Positions 1 through 8,350 of a DNA stretch of 30,192 nucleotides are shown one piece after another. Source of the DNA: a virus (taxonomy: Duplodnaviria > Caudoviricetes); IMG/VR virus record IMGVR_UViG_3300031886_000024, positions 1 through 30,192 of that record; one strand, written 5' to 3'. A program made the translations under genes and the position numbers. How positions within the stretch are numbered: position 1 is the first letter of the stretch; the number at the start of each line of letters is the position of its first letter. The notes under the pieces are model-generated. The model was not told the DNA's origin, made no database searches, and saw nothing but the letters and a program-made list of their open reading frames with translations.

Positions 1-9
1 CTAGTATTA

Positions 10-456
10 TCATTTGTAGTGGTCCTGTGATAGTTGAATAATTGCATAATGAATAACCTTCATCAAGTCGGCTTTATTATGCCCCTCTTTTTTGCCGTAT
101 CGTTGGGCATATTTTATAATATTACCTATACAAAATCCTTCGCCGTGTCCGTTTTCAATAATTAGTTCAGTTGCTTGTTTGGGTTCTTGAGCATAGTGTG
201 AAGAATAAGTATCATCAATGTATGTTTTGATATCAAATAGAATTTCTGCTTCTGAGAATTTATAATTTTTGTTTTCGTGTGTTCGGATTCTTTCTCGTTG
301 TAGTTCTCTCATATAATCGTTTGTGGTCATTTTTGTCGATGGAGTGCCTTGATATATCTCTTTTGCGTTTGGTGTCCATTTAGTGTTATATTTACCAGAA
401 ATTTCAGTTCTGGCCACATTAGCTTCCATTGCCTTTTTAAATAGATTATCGCTCAT
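10..456 (-). CDS. DUF3310-family (T7 gp1.7/SaV-like) phage protein
   Basis: C-terminal half has the DUF3310 pattern 'SSHY...GEGFCIGNIIKYAQRYGKKEG.NKADLMKVIHYA'. Its ATG (456-454) overlaps the upstream stop as ATGA. Confidence 0.7.
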   Translation of the reverse strand: MSDNLFKKAMEANVARTEISGKYNTKWTPNAKEIYQGTPSTKMTTNDYMRELQRERIRTHENKNYKFSEAEILFDIKTYIDDTYSSHYAQEPKQATELIIENGHGEGFCIGNIIKYAQRYGKKEGHNKADLMKVIHYAIIQLSQDHYK

Positions 457-716
457 AAAGATATTCTTTTATCTTTGATTAAGAATTTTTGTTGTTCTGT
501 AAAAGACATATCAAGATTGGCAATAATCTTATTTCGTATAGTGTCAGTATCCATTGCCAATATCTTACAATAGTTTACAAATTCAGGATGTAGACCAACA
601 ATCCAATCGATTGCGTCCATTTTAAATTTGACTTTATCTTTAACTTCACCAACATAAGTAGTATCTACAATTGCTTGAGAAATAATTGCTACAATAAAAT
701 TTTCTTCGGCTGTCAT
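453..716 (-). CDS. Hypothetical phage protein (start probably ATG at 716, MTAEEN..., rather than 728)
   Basis: GGAG at 726-723 lies just upstream of the in-frame ATG at 716. That ATG overlaps the stop of the 713..775 microORF (ATGA), and the gene's own stop overlaps the next start. Confidence 0.7.
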   Translation of the reverse strand: MTAEENFIVAIISQAIVDTTYVGEVKDKVKFKMDAIDWIVGLHPEFVNYCKILAMDTDTIRNKIIANLDMSFTEQQKFLIKDKRISL

Positions 717-775
717 GTTTGACTCCATATAATTGCATTAATAATAAGTAATATAATAATTATCCAGTTTTTCAT
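713..775 (-). CDS. 20-aa putative single-pass membrane microprotein MKNWIIIILLIINAIIWSQT (not in ORF track)
   Basis: Translated by hand. AGGAG at 787-783 with a 7-nt spacer, ATGA overlaps at both ends, and a hydrophobic core flanked by Trp residues. Confidence 0.7.
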   Translation of the reverse strand: MKNWIIIILLIINAIIWSQT

Positions 776-1011
776 AAACTAACTCCTGTCGCCATAGCAA
801 TTCCTTTTTTATAAATTTGTCGAGCTCGTTCTACAGTAATATCAAATTCTTCGCCAATTTCTCGAAATGTTAAATTGTCGATAGTTCTTAATTTGTATAT
901 TTCTCTCATTCGTAAATTTGGTTCGCCTTTTTTTATCATCTTGGCGCCTTCCCATGGAGTATAATCACTCATATAAACCATTTTACTTAACATTGCATTA
1001 TAATTTATCAT
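772..1011 (-). CDS. Stand-alone sigma70 region-4-like helix-turn-helix protein
   Basis: 'LTFREIGEEFDITVERARQIYKKG' aligns by eye with RpoD region 4.2 (TLEEVGKQFDVTRERIRQIEAKA). No region 2 is present. ATGA overlap with the upstream gene; an alternative start at 939 is possible. Confidence 0.7.
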   Translation of the reverse strand: MINYNAMLSKMVYMSDYTPWEGAKMIKKGEPNLRMREIYKLRTIDNLTFREIGEEFDITVERARQIYKKGIAMATGVSL

Positions 1012-1235
1012 TTTAATATACCTTGCTCCACTTTAGCCTTATTAATAATAGTGTCAAACTTTGATTGCAAGACAGGGTCTGGAACATGCCAGCCATCCAT
1101 ACCTGCATTGATAAGTATTTCTTTAAGGCGTCTATTCTCAGCCTCAAGTTTGTTTACTTTATCACACATTCTTTCAAATCTTGCATTTATACGGTCCTCT
1201 CTGCGGCCGACTTTCAATCTATTTCCAACTTTCAT
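1008..1235 (-). CDS. Hypothetical coiled-coil phage protein
   Basis: AGGAGA SD upstream, heptad-like 'CDKVNKLEAENRRLKEIL', ATGA overlap downstream. Confidence 0.7.
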   Translation of the reverse strand: MKVGNRLKVGRREDRINARFERMCDKVNKLEAENRRLKEILINAGMDGWHVPDPVLQSKFDTIINKAKVEQGILK

Positions 1236-1255
1236 AATATATTTTCTCCTTTATT

Positions 1256-1543
1256 TTATATCCATATTTCTAAATATTCTTTTGAATATTCAGATAATAA
1301 CCAAGTCCTTTCTAAATCTAACTCAAGTCCACAACAATAGTCATCAAGCCATATTCGGCGAACAACGCCTTCTTTTTCTAAAACTCTAACTTCACTTAAC
1401 TTTATACCACTTTGTTGGAGTATAGAGCGTTCAGTTTCTCGCTTATCTTCATCGCCAGAATAACAAAGACTTATAACGCCCTTGTTAGAACTAGAATAGT
1501 CAGAACGACCAACGACTTTGTGTATTAAATCTGTAACTGTCAT
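1256..1543 (-). CDS. Hypothetical phage protein (likely start 1543, MTVTDL...)
   Basis: AAGGTGAG SD-like sequence precedes the in-frame ATG at 1543. It is the first gene after the sigma70 promoter at 1576-1604. Confidence 0.65.
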   Translation of the reverse strand: MTVTDLIHKVVGRSDYSSSNKGVISLCYSGDEDKRETERSILQQSGIKLSEVRVLEKEGVVRRIWLDDYCCGLELDLERTWLLSEYSKEYLEIWI

Positions 1544-1575
1544 TTTCTCACCTTTTTTCATCATAATATAACTAT

Positions 1576-1604
1576 ATTATACACTATTGGTGAGCCGAAG
1601 TCAA
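1576..1604 (-). promoter_or_regulatory. Sigma70-type early promoter TTGACT-N17-TATAAT
   Basis: Minus strand: TTGACT (1604-1599), 17-bp spacer, TATAAT (1581-1576). Confidence 0.8.
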
Positions 1605-1684
1605 GGACTTTCTGGATTATTTACTGGAATAAATTTGAAATTTCTAGAAGTCATGAAATCCGTTGATTTTGTACTGGATTTGCA

Positions 1685-1933
1685 CTATTTTGATGTCTTT
1701 TTGCGTGTTTTTCGGGGATTGACTGGAATTTGACTGTAATTTTTCGTCTTTACCGACTTTTTTGCTCGTTCCAACAACTTTATCGTCTGTTTTTCGCCTA
1801 ACATTACGGAAAAACACTCCAAAATCAACTCAAAACAGATATAAACCGTTTTTTCGATGGATTTTGGATATTTCTCTAATAGAGTTACAAAGTCGTTTTC
1901 AATATCCGTCTTAGATATTCGTTTATCATCCAT
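1685..1933 (-). CDS. Hypothetical phage protein with basic C-terminus
   Basis: 82-aa ORF directly downstream of a consensus sigma70 promoter, ending 'RKTRKKTSK'. Confidence 0.65.
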   Translation of the reverse strand: MDDKRISKTDIENDFVTLLEKYPKSIEKTVYICFELILECFSVMLGEKQTIKLLERAKKSVKTKNYSQIPVNPRKTRKKTSK

Positions 1934-1940
1934 AATTAGT

Positions 1941-1969
1941 ATTATACATTAATTCGGAACGATTGTCAA
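1941..1969 (-). promoter_or_regulatory. Perfect sigma70 promoter TTGACA-N17-TATAAT
   Basis: Minus strand: TTGACA (1969-1964), 17-bp spacer, TATAAT (1946-1941). Only 7 nt separate the -10 from the ATG at 1933. Confidence 0.85.
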
Positions 1970-1974
1970 GCGAT

Positions 1975-1982
1975 TATAAATA
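1975..1982 (+). promoter_or_regulatory. T4-type late promoter TATAAATA
   Basis: Exact gp55-type consensus, intergenic, upstream of the nuclease gene and its AAGGA SD. Confidence 0.8.
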
Positions 1983-2014
1983 GTTTAAAGCAATCTTTAT
2001 TAAAGGAAAAAACT

Positions 2015-2590
2015 ATGCATGAGTATAAAGTAAAAATTTTAAAAGTAGTTGACGGAGATACAGTTGATGTCGATATTGATTTAGGATTTGGTATCTGGCT
2101 TAAAAAAGAAAGAGTACGAATTATGGGAATTGATACTCCAGAATCAAGAACTAGTGATAAAGTAGAAAAGGTATTTGGTCTTGCGGCAAAAGAAAGATTA
2201 ATTTCACTTTTGGGTTCAGAAGCAATCTTAGAAACACAAGTCAGTAAAGGTGGCGAAGATATGAAAGGTAAGTTTGGTCGTATTCTTGGCAACTTCACAT
2301 CAATCAATGGTGAAAAATGCGCCGCTGTGTTGATGAGAGAAGGTCACGCTGTTGCATATACTGGCGGCAGTAAAGAAGCAAACCAAATGAAGCATTTAGC
2401 AAACAGGCAAGCGTTGGTCGACAAAGGCGCTGTTATCGTTCCTGAAGGTATGACTGTAACTAAACCTGCAATAAATCAAAAGCCGGTTGAAGTTGTTGAA
2501 AATGACCCGCCGAATGTGAAAACTGTACCACCAAAGAAAACGACTACTAAGAAGAAAACTACTAAGAAAACAACTGCTAAGAAGAAATAA
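2015..2590 (+). CDS. Thermonuclease (staphylococcal nuclease-like) with Lys/Thr-rich C-terminal tail
   Basis: SNase motifs 'KVVDGDTVDV', 'RVRIMGIDTPE', 'GKFGRILG', 'LMREGHAVAY', plus tail 'PPKKTTTKKKTTKKTTAKKK'. Confidence 0.85.
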   Translation: MHEYKVKILKVVDGDTVDVDIDLGFGIWLKKERVRIMGIDTPESRTSDKVEKVFGLAAKERLISLLGSEAILETQVSKGGEDMKGKFGRILGNFTSINGEKCAAVLMREGHAVAYTGGSKEANQMKHLANRQALVDKGAVIVPEGMTVTKPAINQKPVEVVENDPPNVKTVPPKKTTTKKKTTKKTTAKKK

Positions 2591-2865
2591 TGGCAGCCGC
2601 ACAACGAATGACGGACGCCAATACTGGGGGCGGAACAATTATTTCTGTTCCTCAATCTACTGTCTATGCGAACAGTAAATTGCTTTCAGTAAACGGTTCT
2701 TCAGTTAGTTCACACGGCACAGGTCTTGATACCCACCCTGTTCTTCCAACTGCAAATGGAAGTTCGACTGTGTTTGCTGGTGGGACTGCTGTTAATAGAA
2801 CGGGTGATGCTGATAGTTGTGGACATACAAGAACAGGTGGTTCTTCTAATGTAAATATTGGGTAA
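2590..2865 (+). CDS. gp5.4: PAAR-domain tail spike tip protein (gp5.4-like)
   Basis: PAAR-like 'STVYANSK...SH...H...GSSTVFAGGTAVNRTGD..SCGH...GSSNV' with His/His/Cys metal ligands. It sits immediately before gp25 and has a TAATG overlap with the nuclease. Confidence 0.85.
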   Translation: MAAAQRMTDANTGGGTIISVPQSTVYANSKLLSVNGSSVSSHGTGLDTHPVLPTANGSSTVFAGGTAVNRTGDADSCGHTRTGGSSNVNIG

Positions 2866-2870
2866 ATCGT

Positions 2871-2878
2871 TATAAATA
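2871..2878 (+). promoter_or_regulatory. T4-type late promoter TATAAATA
   Basis: Exact consensus between PAAR and gp25. Confidence 0.8.
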
Positions 2879-2902
2879 TAAACATAACGGAGAGGTTGCT
2901 AA

Positions 2903-3328
2903 ATGTCAAGGTATGATGCCACACAAACTAATGAAAGTACAAGAAGTTCCAAGATTTATAAGGACCTGAATTTGAACTTTGAGCAAAATACTGCAACAAA
3001 AGATATTCAAAAGATAAAAGATATTGAAGCAGTAAAAAGAAGTGTAAGAAATCTGATTAATACGAATCATTATGAAAAGCCTTTTCACCCCGAAATCGGT
3101 TCTAATTTGAGAGCAATGTTGTTTGAGTTAATGACTCCTCAAATGAATCATGTAATTAGTAAACAAATTGAGAACTTAATTAATAATTATGAGCCAAGAT
3201 GTAATTTAGTTCAAGTATTTACACAACCAAGAATTGATAGAAATGGATACTCTGTTCAAATATCGTTTCGTGTACAGAACCATCCAGATGAAGTAATAGT
3301 AGAATCCTTTTTAGAGAGATTAAGATAA
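2903..3328 (+). CDS. gp25: Baseplate wedge subunit gp25
   Basis: 'YKDLNLNF...AVKRSVRNLINTNHYEKPFHPEIGS...LFE...INNYEPR' is the GPW/gp25 signature. GGAGAGG SD and synteny with gp6. Confidence 0.92.
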   Translation: MSRYDATQTNESTRSSKIYKDLNLNFEQNTATKDIQKIKDIEAVKRSVRNLINTNHYEKPFHPEIGSNLRAMLFELMTPQMNHVISKQIENLINNYEPRCNLVQVFTQPRIDRNGYSVQISFRVQNHPDEVIVESFLERLR

Positions 3329-3329
3329 C

Positions 3330-5189
3330 ATGGCAACCAAATTAGAAATTTCAGAATTAGACTTTGATGGAATCAAAGCAAACTTAAAAACCTTCTTATC
3401 ACAACAGAACGAATTTACAGACTACAACTTTGAAGGTTCTGGTATGTCTGTTCTTCTCGACACATTAGCATATAATACACACTATTTAGCGTACAACGCC
3501 AATATGTTGGCAAACGAAATGTATCTCGATAGTGCTGACTTGCGTTCAAGTGTTGTGTCATTAGCAAAACAAGTTGGATACACTCCAACGAGTTGCACAG
3601 CTTCAACAGCAGTTCTTGATGTTCTAGTCAATAATGCTTCTGGCGCTTCTCTTACAATGTCAAGAGGAACTAAATTTACCACAACTGTTGATGGACAATC
3701 ATATAGTTTTGTCAATAATGCTGATGTAAGTATTACGCCTGCTTCGGGTGTTTATCAATTTAATGACTTGACTGTTACTGAAGGCTCGTATTTAAATTAC
3801 AAATATACAGTAAGTACATCCGATATCGACCAACGATTTATCATACCAAACGATAGTGTTGATACAACTACATTGACTGTTAAAGTTCAAGAATCTTCTT
3901 CAGACTCAACAACAAACACTTATACACTAGCAACTGGCATTACGGCATTGGATTCAACATCTAAAGTTTACTTTTTACAAGAAGTTGAAGGTGGTCGATT
4001 TGAAGTGTATTTTGGTGATGGTGTTTTAGGTAAAGCAATCGCTGATGGTAATATTGTTATATTAGATTATATCAACTGTAATAGAGATGGTCCAAACGGC
4101 GCTTCGTCTTTTACTCTGTCAGGAACAATCGGTGGATTTTCAAGTGCAACAGTTACAACAGATAGTAATGCATCTGGCGGAACTGGACTTGAATCAATTA
4201 GTTCAATAAAATATAATGCACCAAGAGATTATACCGCACAAGACAGAGCAGTTACAGCCGAAGATTATAAGGTTCTAGTAAAAACTTTATATGCAAATGC
4301 ACAATCAGTCCAGGTTTATGGTGGAGAAGATGCGGCTACTCCTGATTATGGTAAAGTTTATATTTCCATCAAAGCAAAGTCGGGTTCAAACTTAACAGTT
4401 GCAACAAAAGAAAGTATTGTAACAAGTCTTAAAAAATATGCTGTTGCTTCAATAACGCCTGTAATTATAGACCCTGAAACAACTTATATCACGGTTGTTG
4501 TGAATTTCAAATACAATTCTGGCATAACAACTAAGGATGTAACAACACTTCAAACAAATGTGCTAAGCAAAATTGCAACTTACAACAACGATACATTAGA
4601 GGACTTTACTGGTATGTTTAGATACTCACAATTGGTTGAAGATATCAATAACGCAGATACATCTATTTTGAGTAATATTACAACTCTGAAGATGTACAAG
4701 TATATTACACCAACACTAAACTCGGCAGTAAAATATACACTTAATTTTAACAATGCCTTATATAATCCACATTCTGGACATAATGCGAGTGGTGGTGGTA
4801 TTATTTCTTCAACAGGATTCAAAATCAATGACGACAGTTCTGCAAACGAACACTTCCTTGATGATGATGGCGCTGGTAATTTGAGGGTTTATTATCTAAG
4901 TGGTACAACAAGAGTTTATACAGATTCAACTTATGGTACAGTTAATTATACAACTGGCGAGGTTGTTCTAACATCTGCTCATTTAACATCTATTTCAAAT
5001 GTTGATGGTGCAACCAGCACAAGAGTAAGAGTTTTTGTCATACCAAGTTCTAATGATATTGTGCCGGTACGAAATCAAGTTTTATCTATCGACACATCTA
5101 ACTCAACTATAACTGGTGAAGTAGATGCGATTGTAAGTGGTAGTTCACAAGCGGGAACATCTTATACGACTTCCAGTAGTTATTCTTAA
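3330..5189 (+). CDS. gp6: Baseplate wedge subunit gp6
   Basis: 'LDFDGIKANLK...FTDYNFEGSGMSVLLDTLAYNTHY...SVVSLAKQVGYTP' and 'AQDRAVTAEDY' are the T4 gp6 family signatures. Confidence 0.95.
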   Translation: MATKLEISELDFDGIKANLKTFLSQQNEFTDYNFEGSGMSVLLDTLAYNTHYLAYNANMLANEMYLDSADLRSSVVSLAKQVGYTPTSCTASTAVLDVLVNNASGASLTMSRGTKFTTTVDGQSYSFVNNADVSITPASGVYQFNDLTVTEGSYLNYKYTVSTSDIDQRFIIPNDSVDTTTLTVKVQESSSDSTTNTYTLATGITALDSTSKVYFLQEVEGGRFEVYFGDGVLGKAIADGNIVILDYINCNRDGPNGASSFTLSGTIGGFSSATVTTDSNASGGTGLESISSIKYNAPRDYTAQDRAVTAEDYKVLVKTLYANAQSVQVYGGEDAATPDYGKVYISIKAKSGSNLTVATKESIVTSLKKYAVASITPVIIDPETTYITVVVNFKYNSGITTKDVTTLQTNVLSKIATYNNDTLEDFTGMFRYSQLVEDINNADTSILSNITTLKMYKYITPTLNSAVKYTLNFNNALYNPHSGHNASGGGIISSTGFKINDDSSANEHFLDDDGAGNLRVYYLSGTTRVYTDSTYGTVNYTTGEVVLTSAHLTSISNVDGATSTRVRVFVIPSSNDIVPVRNQVLSIDTSNSTITGEVDAIVSGSSQAGTSYTTSSSYS

Positions 5190-5203
5190 TATAGTGGGTA
5201 ATA

Positions 5204-8200
5204 ATGGCCACGAAATATAAAACAAACAAGAGAAAACTTTCCTCACTTGTCAAACAACAGGTCCCAGAATTTGTCTTAACGGACCATCCTAAATTTGCTG
5301 AGTTTCTTTCGTCTTATTTCCTTTTCATGGAATCTGCCGAATTAAATTTAGAAACATTCACATCAATTGACAATATTCTTTTAGAAACTGAAGGAACTAC
5401 TGACAGTTATGTGCTACTCGATAGAACAAATGCATTTAACTTGGACGCTGGCGGACAAATTGTTAGTGAACAAAATTCTGCAGCTGGTTCTTTTTTAAAA
5501 GATGAAGTTCTTACAGGTTCAACATCTGGCGCCACATCAACAGTTCTTGCAGAAGATATAACTACTAACTCCCGATTATTTGTTTCAGCAAACAATGCTT
5601 GGATTACAGGAGAAACTGTAACTGGTGGAACCTCGGGCGCCACAGCAAAAGTTGCTAAGTATCGTGCCAATCCTGTAGAAAATCTTCAACAACTTCTAAA
5701 CTATTCCGACCCAGACCACACGATAAATGATTTCTTAGTTCAGATGAAAGAGGAATTTCTTAATACAATTCCAAAGAACACTCATAGTAGTGTAGACACA
5801 AGAAAATTAGTTAAAAATATTAAATCATTATATCGTGCAAAAGGAACAGCGAGGGCGAACAAGGCATTTTTTAAATTATTATTTAATGAAGATTCCGAAG
5901 TTTATACTCCGACAGATGATATGTTACGAGTGTCTGGCGGAAACTGGTCATCACAAAACTTCATTCGTTGTACACAGACAACGGCTCAAGCACTAAATGA
6001 CACAATTGAATTAGTTGGTCAAACAATTACACAAGCAAACGACCCCTCTGATGATGATATAAATTTGGCAACTGCAATTGTAGAAAATGTTACTAAGTTT
6101 AGAGAAGGTAGTGTTGAGATTATTGAAGTAGTAATCAATTCTGAAACAACGACTGGAACTTTTATAACAGGGCAACTATTGACTGGCACAAGCAATGTTA
6201 ATGATGAAGTAACTGTTAAGATGACCACAGCTCAAGTACTTTCAGGCACTACAATTACAAATGATGGAAGTACATTGACTGTTGGTGATGAAGCAACACT
6301 ATCTGGTGGTGCAGGAGCTGGCGGAAGGATACAGGTCCGAGATATTTCTGGTGCAGGAGTATCTGAAGTTATTGTCAATGCAGCTGGTACAAATTATCAA
6401 GAAGGAGATACATTAACATTTAGTTCAGGAACCGCTGAAGCAAAAGTTTCTATCGTTGGTGGCGGATTTGCACCTGAAACAGGAAGTGTTGATGTTCATG
6501 TTGAATTAGAAACAGGAACAATTACAGGAACAGGCTCTGGAGACTTACTCTTAGAGGATGCGGTTGATACTGGTGCAGGTGGAAAATTTTTAGATTCTGC
6601 TTCTCAAATGGTTGATAGAGAAGTTAAGATTGAATTAGAAGGCAACGGTGGTTATGGAGCAGGACACATTTTAGCAGAAGAATCTGGAGGAACAGAAACA
6701 TCTAATGTAATTTATATTGTCAATCAATCCCACGAACCAGACATGCCTTATAATATGGAACTAACAGACCATATTGTACAAGAAGATGACACTCAAGATG
6801 ATACACAATATAGTGGAGATAAATTAGTTCAAGAAAACTCGACAGGCTCTGGAGATATAACAGATATACGAATGATTGCAAGTGGCTCTGGTTATACAAC
6901 TTTACCAACAGCAACAATTTCTGGTGATAGGTTTATTTCGTTAGAGAATGCTACATCTTCTGAAACTACACCTTATAGTCGTATTCTTTTTGAAGATGGT
7001 GGTCGAGTACTATCAGATATTGCCTATGATGGCGCAAGTGCAACAGTCATACCGTTTGGTGATGATATTGGTCGAGCAACTTCATTAAACATTGTTGAAC
7101 ATGGAATTAATTATACATCTGCTCCAACATTTGCGTTTCCTCATTATGCGATTCTTAAAACTGTTTCAAGTACTATAAGCGCTGATGAAACATTTACTAC
7201 AAATGTTAGTGGTGCAACAGGAACAGTTGTTGACTTTACATCACCTCTTTTAAAATATACAGCAACAACAAGTTCGTTAGAAGTTACAGATACGGTTACA
7301 TTTTCTGGAGGCACAACTGCTGTTGTAGCAAAATCAGACCCACTTACAGGAACAGGCACAATTGGGGTTAATATTACAACTGATGGAAAATATGTTAATC
7401 AAGACGGACATCTTTCAGAAGGCTCTAAAAAAATTCAAGACAGTCTGTATTACCAAGATTATTCCTATGTTGTTAAAGTATCAGAAAGTATTAATAAGTG
7501 GAGAGATGCGCTCAAACGAGCAGTTCACCCAAGCGGATTCTATGTAACAGGTCAAGTAGATATTGCAACACAACTGAATGGTAGAGTAAAACAACCTGTT
7601 GGTGCTACATTAAGTTCTGGATTGTTCTCTGGTACTTCGGACAGTCCGATTTACATGAGATTGAATACTCTATTTAATACAATTTTTGGTAGACGAACAG
7701 GCGTTGGCTTGAAGTTTATGAGTAGTGCTGTTGAGTTAGATGGAAAAACTAAACGAAGTAGGGCGGCCGCAAATGCAGGATACTCTCCTACTGTGAGTAC
7801 TGCGTTCACTAGTTCACATTACTTATCTGCTGGCGGAACAGTCATTGATGGAGTTACAGTAAAGGGTCAAAAAGATGTAAACTTATCACCAGAAACAACA
7901 ATAGAAATGCAAGAAAGAAATAGAAACAGTTTTTATAGTTTAAACAGTTATAAAGTTCGTAATGTGAGTGTAAGTAATGGTTACGCTTATGGCGGACCAA
8001 GAGTTAAGAATTTAAGTGACCGTGCGTTTACAACTTTTGCCGCTAATAACGCAATCACTTTAGAAGGTGGTACTGGCGAAGGAGAGATATTACTAGAAAA
8101 TGAGTCTGGAGTTTTACAACATCCACAATCAGATTCTTGGAGTACAACAGTAGCGGATTGGAACACTTTACGATTCATCGGCACACTAAATAGTAATGTT

Positions 8201-8302
8201 GATGGAGAAACAATGAGATTATCCGACATCAACGGAACTAATTCAAGTCAGAACCATAAAATCAATTGGGCTTTTCCTACTGAGGTAACGAAAAGTGCTT
8301 AG
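5204..8302 (+). CDS. gp7: Baseplate wedge initiator gp7-like
   Basis: Lies between gp6 and gp8. 'LVKNIKSLYRAKGT...FFKLLF' and 'KIQDSLYYQDYSYVVK...W...LKRAVHPSG' are typical of marine T4-like gp7. Confidence 0.8.
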   Translation: MATKYKTNKRKLSSLVKQQVPEFVLTDHPKFAEFLSSYFLFMESAELNLETFTSIDNILLETEGTTDSYVLLDRTNAFNLDAGGQIVSEQNSAAGSFLKDEVLTGSTSGATSTVLAEDITTNSRLFVSANNAWITGETVTGGTSGATAKVAKYRANPVENLQQLLNYSDPDHTINDFLVQMKEEFLNTIPKNTHSSVDTRKLVKNIKSLYRAKGTARANKAFFKLLFNEDSEVYTPTDDMLRVSGGNWSSQNFIRCTQTTAQALNDTIELVGQTITQANDPSDDDINLATAIVENVTKFREGSVEIIEVVINSETTTGTFITGQLLTGTSNVNDEVTVKMTTAQVLSGTTITNDGSTLTVGDEATLSGGAGAGGRIQVRDISGAGVSEVIVNAAGTNYQEGDTLTFSSGTAEAKVSIVGGGFAPETGSVDVHVELETGTITGTGSGDLLLEDAVDTGAGGKFLDSASQMVDREVKIELEGNGGYGAGHILAEESGGTETSNVIYIVNQSHEPDMPYNMELTDHIVQEDDTQDDTQYSGDKLVQENSTGSGDITDIRMIASGSGYTTLPTATISGDRFISLENATSSETTPYSRILFEDGGRVLSDIAYDGASATVIPFGDDIGRATSLNIVEHGINYTSAPTFAFPHYAILKTVSSTISADETFTTNVSGATGTVVDFTSPLLKYTATTSSLEVTDTVTFSGGTTAVVAKSDPLTGTGTIGVNITTDGKYVNQDGHLSEGSKKIQDSLYYQDYSYVVKVSESINKWRDALKRAVHPSGFYVTGQVDIATQLNGRVKQPVGATLSSGLFSGTSDSPIYMRLNTLFNTIFGRRTGVGLKFMSSAVELDGKTKRSRAAANAGYSPTVSTAFTSSHYLSAGGTVIDGVTVKGQKDVNLSPETTIEMQERNRNSFYSLNSYKVRNVSVSNGYAYGGPRVKNLSDRAFTTFAANNAITLEGGTGEGEILLENESGVLQHPQSDSWSTTVADWNTLRFIGTLNSNVDGETMRLSDINGTNSSQNHKINWAFPTEVTKSA

Positions 8303-8310
8303 TAAATCAT

Positions 8311-8318
8311 TATAAATA
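8311..8318 (+). promoter_or_regulatory. T4-type late promoter TATAAATA
   Basis: Exact consensus between gp7 and gp8. Confidence 0.8.
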
Positions 8319-8350
8319 GATATAAAGAACATTAATTTAGGACAAAAACC

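Noticed and set aside
1051-1389. Plus-strand ORFs 1051..1389 and 1065..1340
   Set aside because: They are antisense to a coupled minus-strand operon that has SDs and promoters.
1966-3088. Minus-strand ORFs 1966..2307, 2396..2638, 2664..2924, 2906..3088
   Set aside because: They are antisense to the nuclease, PAAR and gp25 genes and have no independent support.
5204-8302. gp7-like ORF has the same length as I recall for T4 gp7 (1032 aa)
   Set aside because: Probably coincidence, because the internal sequence is made of inserted modules unlike T4. It was not used as evidence.
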